A stretch of DNA of 14,049 nucleotides from Candidatus Bipolaricaulia bacterium (GCA_046758705.1 JBHIAT010000090.1:1-14049); one strand, 5' to 3'. Positions 1-10,455 are shown, counted from the first letter of the stretch. Notes: generated by a model not told the origin, from the sequence alone. Translations and numbers: made by a program.

Positions 1-81
1 CAGGGGTTAAGAGATCACCCTACTGAAGGGTGATATGAGTTTCTGAGAGAACTCCGCTAGAGATCCTGAAGCCGTTGCTCC

Positions 82-110
82 TTGAGTCTACCCAGAACCT
101 GTGGTATGAT
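82..110 (+). promoter_or_regulatory. Putative sigma70 promoter for the yyaL-like/ppc unit
   Basis: TTGAGT (82-87), 17 bp spacer, TATGAT (105-110) with extended -10 TG at 102-103; 30 bp upstream of ATG 141. Confidence 0.55.
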
Positions 111-140
111 CAGATCGTTATAGTCTGATTTTTTGCTATC

Positions 141-2206
<2,066 letters not shown>

Positions 2207-2210
<4 letters not shown>

Positions 2211-4957
2211 GCCGAGAGACCATCAGCGGGCGGACAATCAGCGATGACATTCACCTCCTCGGAGACACCCTGGGGACGGTGCTGTGCTTCAAAGCCGGGG
2301 AGACGTTCTTCGACCTGGAGGAGCAAATCCGCACGCTGGCCAAAGATCGTCGCCAAGCGAGCGACCCGGCCGTACGTCGGGCAAAGCACCGGGAGCTGGC
2401 CGAGCTGATCGACTCCCTGGATCTGGTGGCTGTCTACAGGGTGGCCCGTGCCTTCACCCTCTACTTCCAGCTCATCAATCTTGCCGAGGATACCCACCGA
2501 GCTCGGGTGTTGCGGCATCGGGAGGCAGAAGCGGACATCCTGTCTGAGTCGGTTGCGGATGCGATCCGGATCTGCTCGGAGCAGGGGATCGCCCCTGAGA
2601 AGTTGCAACGTCTTCTCGATGAGCTCGACATCTGTCTCGTGTTCACCGCCCATCCCACCGAGATCAAGCGTCGGGTCGTCCTTGAGAAGCTCCAACGGAT
2701 CTCCAAAGCCCTGTTCGCCCTCGAGCGGATGCGCCTGACCCCTTTCGAACAAACAGAGCTCGAGCACAACCTCCGAAATGAAGTGGTCAGTCTGTGGATG
2801 ACGAGTGAGGTCCGGAAACAGCGTCCCAGCGTCCTTGATGAGGTGGAGCACACCCTCTACTTCTTCGATGAGGTGCTCTACGGGTTCCTCCCCTATCTCT
2901 ACCATCGCCTGGAGAGCGCGGTGGAACGCTTTTATCCCGGGGCCGGCATCTCGGTCCCCACGCTTCTGCGCTTCGGATCGTGGAGTGGGGGGGATCGGGA
3001 TGGGAACCCGTATGTCACCCCGGAGATTACTCAAACGACCCTGGAGATGCACCGACAACTGATCTTGAACAAGTACCGAGCTGAGGTCCGGAGGCTGATC
3101 TCGGAACTCTCCCTGGCCGAACGCCTCGTCCCGATCCCCGAGGCGCTCTGTGCCTCCCTGGCCGAAGAGCGACGTGCCTATCCCGATCCGGCCGAGGAGA
3201 TCGAGAAACAGTACGCCGGAGAGCCTTATCGAATGAAGCTGGCCTTTATACAGCACCGCCTCGAGGCGGCGATCGCAGCTCCCGGCCGGGGCTATCCGGA
3301 TTCAGAAACCTTCCTGAAGGACCTGCGTCTGATCCGTCGGGCGCTCCCTGATTCCCTGGCCGAAGAATTGGCCACCACCCGCCTCCGTGATCTGGAACGC
3401 CGGGTCGAGACGTTCGGCTTCCACCTGGCAGCCCTCGATATCCGAGAACACAGCGACGTTCACGGAGATACCCTCGAGGAACTGTTCGCCCAGACTGGGA
3501 TCGTCAACGGCTACCAGCAGCTCCCCGAGGCGGACAAGGTCGAGCTCCTGGTCCGACTCTTGAAGGAGGGGATCTCGTTCGATCCCGACGGGGATCGGCT
3601 CTCGGAAGGCACAAACCGGATGCTGGAGGTGTTCACCGCCCTGCCGGGGCTCAAAGAGAGGTTCGGCGAGGCGGCGATCGGAAGCTACATCATCTCCTTC
3701 GCTCGAGACGCGAGTGATGTGCTTGAGGTGCTGCTGCTTGCTGAGGCGTTCGATCTGGTGAACCTGGAGACCGGGGCGGGTGGGATCGACATCGTTCCTC
3801 TGTTCGAGACGGACGAGGATCTGCGCCGCGCTCCCCAGGTGCTGGAGGCCCTGTTAGCGATCCCTCTCTATCAACGCATGTTAGAGCTGCGTGGCAAGGT
3901 TCAAGAGGTGATGATCGGCTACTCAGACAGCGGCAAGAAGTCCGGGATCCTGACCGCCGGCTGGGAGCTGTATCTGGCCCAACGACATCTGGGGACGCTG
4001 GCCCGGGAGCGGGGGCTGGAGCTGCGGGTGTTTCACGGCCGGGGGGGGTCGATCGGCCGGGGCGGCGGCCCGACGAACCAAACGATCCTGGCCCAGCCGC
4101 CGGAGGTCGCCAATGGACGGCTGAAGCTGACGGAACAAGGGGAGGTCGTCGCCTACAACTACGCCCATCCCTGGATCGCGATGCGCCATCTCCAGCAGGT
4201 GACCCACGCGACGTTGCTTGCCCGCGCCCAGGCTGAGGCGGGCCAGGGAGAGCCGGAACCGGGCTGGGTCGAGACGATGACCCGCATGGCCGAGGTCGCC
4301 CGCCAGACCTACCAGGCGCTCATCTACGAGACTCCGGAGTTGCGCACCTATTTCGCCGAAGCGACCCCGATCGACGAACTCGAGGCACTGAAGATCGGCA
4401 GTCGCCCCCTATCGCGGAAGGGGACCCGAAAGATCGAGGATCTGCGGGCGATCCCCTGGGTGTTTGCCTGGATGCAGAACCGCTATGTCCTCCCCGGCTG
4501 GTACGGCGTCGGCACCGCCCTGGAGGCCGCTGCCCAATGGGTGGGATGGGAGGAGCTCGCCCGGATCTCCGACCGCTGGCCGTTCCTGGAAACTTTTCTC
4601 TCGAACGTGGAGATGTCACTGGCCAAGGCAGACATGACCATCGCCGCTCACTACAGCGAACTGGTTGAAGATCGCAACCTGGGGCAGGCGATCTTCGCCC
4701 GAATTCGGGAGGAGTATGAACGGACCTGCCGGGCGATCCTGAAGATCTCCGGACAGGGGACGCTTCTCGAGAAGAATCCGATCTTGCAGCACTCGATCAC
4801 ACGACGCAACCCTTACGTTGACCCGCTGAGCTATATCCAGGTGGCGATGCTGCGACGTCTGCGTCGGGCGACCGATCCCCAAGAGATCAGCCTAATCCGG
4901 GATGCCATCCTGCTCAGCATCAACGGAATCGCGGCCGGGTTGAAGAACACTGGTTGA
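2207..4957 (+). CDS. ppc: Phosphoenolpyruvate carboxylase (bacterial/plant type)
   Basis: 916 aa from ATG 2207, which overlaps the upstream stop (ATGA). Motifs [60 protein letters not shown] and C-terminal [10 protein letters not shown]. Confidence 0.97.
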
Positions 4958-4981
4958 CTTTGGCGGGTACTGGAAGGAGGT

Positions 4982-5010
4982 TTGAGAGTTGAGTTAAAAT
5001 ATGATATAAT
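4982..5010 (+). promoter_or_regulatory. Near-consensus sigma70 promoter in the IS left end
   Basis: TTGAGA (4982-4987), 17 bp, TATAAT (5005-5010) with extended -10 TG (5002-5003); 40 bp upstream of the tnpA ATG. Confidence 0.75.
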
Positions 5011-5050
5011 ATGCTCATAGCTATACAATAAAGGTGTTCACACATACACA

Positions 5051-5701
5051 ATGGATCGTTATTATTCCATCGGCCAAGTCAGCGAGATACTCGGTGTTTC
5101 CATTATTACCCTCCGGCGCTGGGATAAGTTGGGAAAGCTTGTCCCAGACATCCGTACCCAGGGAGGACACCGTCGCTACAGCGAGACCACCCTGCGTCAG
5201 TTCCTGGGTCAGCCGTTGCCTTCCTCGCCTAGGGACAAGAAGGTCATCCTCTATGCTCGTGTCTCTAGCCGGACTCACAAGGATGACCTGGAGAACCAGG
5301 CACAGACATTGAAACAATTCTGCATTGGGGCCGGACAACCCTATGACGAAGTCTGGACTGATATCGGATCTGACTTGAACTATCGTCGCTCCAAGTTCCG
5401 CCAGCTCATCACCGAGGCGCTGAACGGACGCCTGGAGAAGGTCATCGTAGCTCACAAAGACCGACTGGTCCGCCTCGGCTACGATCTTATCGAAGACATC
5501 TTCGCTCACTCCGGCACCGAACTGGTAGTCATCAACCGCTCTGAGACGCCAGAGCCAGAGTTCATGCACGAGTTGACTGAAGACTTCGTTGCCATCGTAC
5601 AACATTTCTGCACGAAGTTCTACGGCCGGCGCTCCTATAAATGCAGGCAGGCCAAGGAGTTGGCTCGGCAGACGATGCACATCCTGGAGGAAGAGGATTG
5701 A
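5051..5701 (+). CDS. tnpA: IS607-family transposase TnpA (MerR-like HTH + serine recombinase)
   Basis: 216 aa; N-terminal HTH YSIGQVSEILGVSIITLRRWDKLGK...RTQGGHRRY; catalytic YARVSS; HKDRLVRLG; ELTEDFVAIVQHFCTKFYGRRS. Confidence 0.93.
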   Translation: MDRYYSIGQVSEILGVSIITLRRWDKLGKLVPDIRTQGGHRRYSETTLRQFLGQPLPSSPRDKKVILYARVSSRTHKDDLENQAQTLKQFCIGAGQPYDEVWTDIGSDLNYRRSKFRQLITEALNGRLEKVIVAHKDRLVRLGYDLIEDIFAHSGTELVVINRSETPEPEFMHELTEDFVAIVQHFCTKFYGRRSYKCRQAKELARQTMHILEEED

Positions 5702-6960
5702 GAAGGACAATCAGGCGTTACAGCCGCTCCCTGAATCAGAGCAAGTGGCAGACCGTGCACTGGCTCGCTGCCGCTTATGCAGCTCAGAAGGACCGCTTCC
5801 TGGTGGAATACGGCCGCCCATCCAGGTTCGCCCGTCACCAGAACCACCGCCAAGCGCGGGACGAACTGCTGACAATTGGCTACCAAAGCCCCTTCGGCCT
5901 GCAAGCGCGTATGTGGAAGCTAGCGCTCCAGGATGCTATCGAGACGATAGATCGGCAGTGGCTGGCCCTGGCCGAAGTCCTGCGTCCGTTGGTGATGGCC
6001 CAGAAAACCCGGGGTCACTTCACCGACGAGCAAGCTCGCTATGCGTTCTGGGTGCTGAAGTCATCTCGGCACATGGCTCAACTGGTGAGTGGCAGGGCAC
6101 CGTCTCCACTACACTTCCCCATCAGCCGCAAAGAGCAGCGTCGGATGGCCGCCTATCTGCGCCGGATCATCCGGCGCAAGCGTGGGAAAGATCCCCGAGT
6201 CAGGCAGGTGTGCAGCTTGGTTTTGGATGCTGAGATGTACCGAGTCTTTGAGCAAGACGGTCATCAGTATATCTCGATCATGACCCTCACACCTGGCCGG
6301 CGCCTGGTCATACCCCTCACCGGGCGGGGACCTCTCCAGGGTAACCTACGTATCGTGCTGAATGAGGAAAAGCGGTGTATCGCAGTACACCAGACTATAG
6401 AGGTGAAGCCTGAGCTGGCCACCGGCGGGCCGAAAGCGGTAGACTTGGGCGTAACCGAGGTCATGACCGACTCCGACGGCGACCGGTGGGGCGAGGGTCT
6501 GGGCCAGCGACTCGCTAACTACTCGGACCAGATATGCGACAGAGGTTCCCGCCGTGAGCAGGTCAACGCGAGCTACTCCAGCCAAATGTGTCCTCGCTGC
6601 GGGTTCGTCCACCGCCAGAACCGCCGTGGGGACAGGTTTCAGTGCCTGTTTTGCGGGCACGGTGGAGAGAGCGACGCGATGGCCGCCCTGAACCTGCTGG
6701 ACCGCCGACATGATCCCGAGATCTTCCTTTGGACGCCGAAGGAGCGGGTCCGGGCGGTCCTAAAAAGCAGGTTCCATCGCCGGTTGGAAAGGTGGGCGTT
6801 CGACTTTCCACCGCAGCAGGTCAATCTAGCTGTTCTGGCTGAGGTAGGGATCGAGCCTCCAACTACTGTTCCGGGCAGGATTCGAGACACCCGACCGTCT
6901 GCGCCTTCGGTGGACAAGGGTAGGGACCCGGCGGGTCAATCCGAGAGCGAAACTCCGTAG
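5698..6960 (+). CDS. tnpB: TnpB (IS607-associated) with an in-frame internal deletion of the bridge helix/RuvC-II region; predicted nuclease-dead and possibly a pseudogene
   Basis: TTG 5698 overlaps the tnpA stop and has GGAGG at 5686-5690; 420 aa. RuvC-I AVDLG (D at 6442), VNASYSSQMCPRCG...FQCLFCG zinc finger and RuvC-III SDAMAALN (D at 6673) are present. Only 49 codons separate the RuvC-I Asp from the first Zn-finger Cys, and no RuvC-II Glu strand is visible. Confidence 0.85.
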   Translation: MRRTIRRYSRSLNQSKWQTVHWLAAAYAAQKDRFLVEYGRPSRFARHQNHRQARDELLTIGYQSPFGLQARMWKLALQDAIETIDRQWLALAEVLRPLVMAQKTRGHFTDEQARYAFWVLKSSRHMAQLVSGRAPSPLHFPISRKEQRRMAAYLRRIIRRKRGKDPRVRQVCSLVLDAEMYRVFEQDGHQYISIMTLTPGRRLVIPLTGRGPLQGNLRIVLNEEKRCIAVHQTIEVKPELATGGPKAVDLGVTEVMTDSDGDRWGEGLGQRLANYSDQICDRGSRREQVNASYSSQMCPRCGFVHRQNRRGDRFQCLFCGHGGESDAMAALNLLDRRHDPEIFLWTPKERVRAVLKSRFHRRLERWAFDFPPQQVNLAVLAEVGIEPPTTVPGRIRDTRPSAPSVDKGRDPAGQSESETP

Positions 6961-7037
6961 GCCGCGATAAGGCAGCGGACCGAACGTGGTCATATTTGAC
7001 CAAGTTAGGAGGAACAGAGATGCCATGATGCCGACCG
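6866..7037 (+). ncRNA. Predicted TnpB omega-RNA: scaffold about 6866-7017 plus flank-derived guide about 7018-7037
   Basis: CTGTTCC (6866-6872) is the exact reverse complement of GGAACAG (7011-7017). Internal stems: GGATT 6878-6882/AATCC 6938-6942, GAG-CGAAA-CTC 6945-6955, CCGC 6962-6965/GCGG 6975-6978, TGGTCA-TATT-TGACCA 6987-7002. It overlaps the tnpB 3' end, as is typical for omega-RNAs. Confidence 0.65.
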
Positions 7038-7708
7038 CGAATCGTTCATCTGTAGACCGGGCTTTAGAGACTGATAAGCGGCTCATGGACGTCTACGGCC
7101 CGTCGGCCCGTCGGCACCGCGACCCGGTGAGCGTGTTGGTGGGCACCATCCTCAGCCAGAACACCAACGATGTGAACCGAGATCGGGCCTTCGATCGGCT
7201 GCGCGAGCGGTTCCCGACCTGGGAGACGGTGCGGGACGCCCCGGTGGAAAAGATCGCCGAGGCGATCCAGGTTGCCGGGTTGAGTCAACAGAAGTCTGCC
7301 TCCATCAAGCGGGCACTCCAACACATCAGCGAAGAACGCGGCGAGCTACGCTTAGACTTCCTGCGGGAGATGAAGGTGGCTGAGGCAAAAGGATGGCTCA
7401 CCTCAATCAAGGGGATCGGGCCCAAGACGGCAGCGATTGTCCTGCTCTTCTCTTTGGGCATGCCGGCCTTCCCGGTCGATACCCACGTCCATCGGGTGAC
7501 GAAGCGACTGGGCGTGATCCCGCCCAAGGCGTCGCGTGAGCAGGCCCATGAGATCCTCGAAACCCTGATACCTCCAGAGCGATACTACGATTTCCACCTC
7601 AACTTGATCCGCCACGGCCGCGAGGTGTGTAACGCCCCGACCCCCCGATGTGATGCCTGCGTACTCACCGATCTGTGCGGCTATTATGCTAACCTTCCTC
7701 GCCAGTAG
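7025..7708 (+). CDS. nth: Endonuclease III-family DNA glycosylase/AP lyase (HhH-GPD, 4Fe-4S)
   Basis: 227 aa from ATG 7025 (ATG 7028 is an alternative); ILSQNTND, HhH LTSIKGIGPKTA, FPVDTHVHRV and C-X6-C-X2-C-X5-C (CNAPTPRCDACVLTDLC). Confidence 0.9.
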   Translation: MMPTANRSSVDRALETDKRLMDVYGPSARRHRDPVSVLVGTILSQNTNDVNRDRAFDRLRERFPTWETVRDAPVEKIAEAIQVAGLSQQKSASIKRALQHISEERGELRLDFLREMKVAEAKGWLTSIKGIGPKTAAIVLLFSLGMPAFPVDTHVHRVTKRLGVIPPKASREQAHEILETLIPPERYYDFHLNLIRHGREVCNAPTPRCDACVLTDLCGYYANLPRQ

Positions 7709-7710
7709 GT

Positions 7711-9027
7711 TTATTCTGGAGGTTTCAGAATCGAGACCACGTAGTGATCGAAGTAGCGTTTGGCCGCCTCTTGGAGATCCTCGGAGTTGAGCGTCCGGAT
7801 GCGCTCCGGATAGAGCTGATCCATCTCAAACCCGGCACCGAGCATCTCCCACCAGCCGAGGTACCAGGCCTGTCGCTCGGTCGTCTCATGGGCCATGACG
7901 TAGTTTCCTGCCAGGAAATTCTTCGACCGGTCGAGATCCTCGGCGGTGACCCCGCTCTGCCTAACTTCATCCAGCACGGCCAGGATACCATCTCTCGCCT
8001 GATCGACCGCCTCCGCCGGGGTGATGATGTAGGTGAGGAAGTGGCTGTTCGCCATCCGCGACGGGAAGAACGATCCGACCTGGTAGGCCAGTGGTCGTTT
8101 CTCGCGGAGCTCCACGAACAACCTGGAGCTCAGCCCCTCTCCGAGCACCGTATTGAGGAGCTTCATCGCCGGATAGTCCGGATCGGCCACCGTCGGACCC
8201 AGATAGCCGAGCATCATCCAGGCCACCTGGCTCTCCCGTTCGACCGAAATCTCCACGTTCTCCTTGGGTGAGAGCGGGGGCAGGTCCCGGATCAGCACGT
8301 CGGCGACCCGTGCCCGCAATGGCAGCTCCCCCGGCTCAAGCTCACCGAACGCCTGCTGGAGACGCTTCAGCATCGCCTCGGCCTCGAAGTCGCCTGTGGC
8401 AACGACCACCATGTTGTTAGGAACGTAGTGATCCCGATAGAATCGAACGACCGTCTCCCGTGAGATGTTTCTCACCGTCTCCTCGGTCGGGGTGAGCGCG
8501 TAGGGGAAGTCACCGTAGAGTCCCTGCCTCAGGTTGTCCCAGATGACGGTGAAGAAGTTGTCCTGTTGGGCCTGGAGCTCCCGAATCATCTGATCCTTGA
8601 CTCGATCTACCTCACGTTCGGGGAAGGACGGGTGAAGCAACACATCGATATAGATAGGAAGCGCCTCATCTAGCGTCTCCCGGGTGGCTTGCAGGGATAG
8701 ATTGGTCATATCGGGCAGAAGACCGGTCCCGATCCGCACCCCCAGGTTTTCGATCCCCTCGAAGATCTCGTCCTCCGTCTTCGTCTCCGTTCCCTTCAAA
8801 AGCAGCCTCTGGGTGAGATCAGAGATCCCGAGTTGTTCCGGCGGTTCCAGCAGGACTCCCGTCCGAACGAACGTCTGGATCGCGATCACCGGGGATGTCG
8901 GGTTCTGCTTCAAGATCACCCGAAGGCCGTTCGACAATGTATGCTTCTCCTGGGCTGAGGCGATCGTCCCGGTGGCGATCATGAGTGACAACAGCAACAT
9001 CCCCACAACTAGCTTGATTGAAATCAC
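7711..9027 (-). CDS. M16B peptidase-family protein, non-catalytic subunit, with signal peptide
   Basis: 438 aa; GTG start overlaps the upstream stop (GTGA). HxxEH is replaced by DLTQR (GISDLTQRLLLKGT), but SSRLFVELREKRPLAY (R/Y motif) is retained; hydrophobic N-terminus ends ASA-Q. Confidence 0.88.
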   Translation of the reverse strand: MISIKLVVGMLLLSLMIATGTIASAQEKHTLSNGLRVILKQNPTSPVIAIQTFVRTGVLLEPPEQLGISDLTQRLLLKGTETKTEDEIFEGIENLGVRIGTGLLPDMTNLSLQATRETLDEALPIYIDVLLHPSFPEREVDRVKDQMIRELQAQQDNFFTVIWDNLRQGLYGDFPYALTPTEETVRNISRETVVRFYRDHYVPNNMVVVATGDFEAEAMLKRLQQAFGELEPGELPLRARVADVLIRDLPPLSPKENVEISVERESQVAWMMLGYLGPTVADPDYPAMKLLNTVLGEGLSSRLFVELREKRPLAYQVGSFFPSRMANSHFLTYIITPAEAVDQARDGILAVLDEVRQSGVTAEDLDRSKNFLAGNYVMAHETTERQAWYLGWWEMLGAGFEMDQLYPERIRTLNSEDLQEAAKRYFDHYVVSILKPPE

Positions 9028-10415
9028 TGTCCTTCACCCCCTTTGGGTTTTAATACTACCTCGACGTACCGATCCAGGTCGATATAGCGGTTGGCCGTCC
9101 GGACGAGATCCTCGAGGCTGACCTCCCGGATTCCTTCAGGATAGCGAACGGCGAACCGATAATCCCCGGCGACGACCGCGTAGAACCCCAGAGTGAAAGC
9201 GAGCCCCGCATTCGTCTCGCTGCTGAACGCGTAATCGGAGAGCAGAATCGTCTTGGCTCGCTCGAGCTCCGTTGCGGTCAGGTCACCCGACAGCACCCGG
9301 CGCAGCTCCTCAAAGATCGCCACCTCCACTATCTCTCGGTTCTCATAAGGGAAGACAGCAAAGACGGAGAAGATCCCCGGCTCTTTCTGGGTCAGATAGC
9401 TGGCATCGACGCTGGTCACGATTTCGAGCTCTCGGTAGATGTTCTTGTAAAAGCGCGACCCCCGGCCTTGTGAAAGCACCGCGAGCAGCACATCCATGGC
9501 ATAGACATCGTTTGCCTGCCGAACGCTCGGAGCCGGCCAGCCGATCGCAAGATACCCTTGCTGGACGTCCCGTTCGATCACGGTGACCTGTTTTTCATCA
9601 CGCATGGGCTCTTGCGGATACACAGGCTGGGACAGTTGGCGAGACTCAAAGTCCGAGAACGCGGCGTTGACCGCGGCCAGAACCGCCTCGGCATCGATCT
9701 CACCCACCACCACCAGGGTCATGTTGTTGGGCGCGTAATACCGGTCCATGTAGCTCAATAGATCCTCCCGATTCAACTGGTTCAGGCTCGCCTCGGTCCC
9801 GGCGAGCGGCAGATGGTAGGGATGGACCCGGTAGAAGCTCTGGAACAGTTGGAAGAAGGTGAATTGGGTCGGATTGTCCGATCGCTGGGCGATCTCGTTG
9901 CGCACCACATCCAGCTCCCGCGCGACCTCCTCCTCCGGGAAGACCGAATGGCCGGTCACATCGGCTAAAATGTCGATCGCCCGCCCTACGTGCTCGCTGG
10001 GCACGACTGCAAAGTAGTGGGTCCAATCGAACGAGGTCGCCGCATTGGTCCGACCTCCGACGCCCTCGATCTCGCGGTCGATCGCCCCCGGCGGCCGACG
10101 CTCCGTCCCTTTGAACAGCATGTGCTCGAAGAAGTGAGAGATGCCGTTGTCGATCTTGGTCTCGTTGATCGTCCCGGTGTTGACCCACACGTCCACCGCC
10201 ACGATCGGAACGCCAGGTCGCTCAACGATCAGGACCGTCAACCCGTTCTCCAGGGTGAATGCCTGGATATCAGTGGACGTGATCCCCTGGGCGAGTCCGG
10301 GCGACGCCCCCAGCCATAGCCATACCACCAGAACCAGAGTCGTCACCCATCCCACCCGGAGAACCGCCCGGCCTGCCCTTGCTCTTGACACAGATCTGAG
10401 ACATCGCTGCTTCAT
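9024..10415 (-). CDS. M16B zinc peptidase (pitrilysin/insulinase family), catalytic subunit, with signal peptide
   Basis: 463 aa from ATG 10415 (AAGGGG RBS at 10421-10426); GISHFFEHMLFKGT, NAATSFDWTHY, ELDVVRNE, YYAPNNM; basic n-region and hydrophobic h-region ending GLA-Q. Confidence 0.92.
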   Translation of the reverse strand: MKQRCLRSVSRARAGRAVLRVGWVTTLVLVVWLWLGASPGLAQGITSTDIQAFTLENGLTVLIVERPGVPIVAVDVWVNTGTINETKIDNGISHFFEHMLFKGTERRPPGAIDREIEGVGGRTNAATSFDWTHYFAVVPSEHVGRAIDILADVTGHSVFPEEEVARELDVVRNEIAQRSDNPTQFTFFQLFQSFYRVHPYHLPLAGTEASLNQLNREDLLSYMDRYYAPNNMTLVVVGEIDAEAVLAAVNAAFSDFESRQLSQPVYPQEPMRDEKQVTVIERDVQQGYLAIGWPAPSVRQANDVYAMDVLLAVLSQGRGSRFYKNIYRELEIVTSVDASYLTQKEPGIFSVFAVFPYENREIVEVAIFEELRRVLSGDLTATELERAKTILLSDYAFSSETNAGLAFTLGFYAVVAGDYRFAVRYPEGIREVSLEDLVRTANRYIDLDRYVEVVLKPKGGEGQ

Positions 10416-10455
10416 GACCACCCCTTAAACCTGGTTTGTTTTTATTTCAATGGTA

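Larger units (their letters stand above)
4980..7017 (+). mobile_element. IS607-family insertion sequence (tnpA + tnpB + omega-RNA), probably degenerate
   Basis: Serine-recombinase tnpA coupled to tnpB; no terminal inverted repeats; AT-rich left end. Ends are inferred from the AG at 4978-4979 and 7016-7017, the omega-RNA closing stem, and restoration of a well-spaced RBS for nth on excision. Confidence 0.85.

Noticed and set aside
2987-4048. G7 (2987-2993) and G8 (4041-4048) tracts in ppc as phase-variation switches
   Set aside because: They arise from Gly/Arg codons in the conserved GGDRDG and GRGG motifs, and the frame is intact.
4958-5050. IStron (group I intron fused to the IS)
   Set aside because: Only about 70 nt lie between the left end and tnpA, too little for an intron core; the insertion is intergenic.
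5641-6960. tnpB start at 5641, or the ORF as a Cas12/Cas14 effector
   Set aside because: TTG 5698 has an RBS and stop overlap. There is no CRISPR array or cas gene in the window, and the gene is coupled to tnpA.
4975-7012. AGGAGG at 4975-4980 and 7007-7012 as a 6-bp target-site duplication
   Set aside because: IS607 elements do not make such duplications. This boundary would break the CTGTTCC/GGAACAG stem and leave a 12-nt SD spacing. It is disfavoured rather than excluded.
6986-7024. nth N-terminal extension from GTG 6986
   Set aside because: Lies within the IS right end/omega-RNA and has no RBS.
7709-7710. Terminator between convergent nth and M16 genes
   Set aside because: Stops are only 2 bp apart; no hairpin with U-tract seen.
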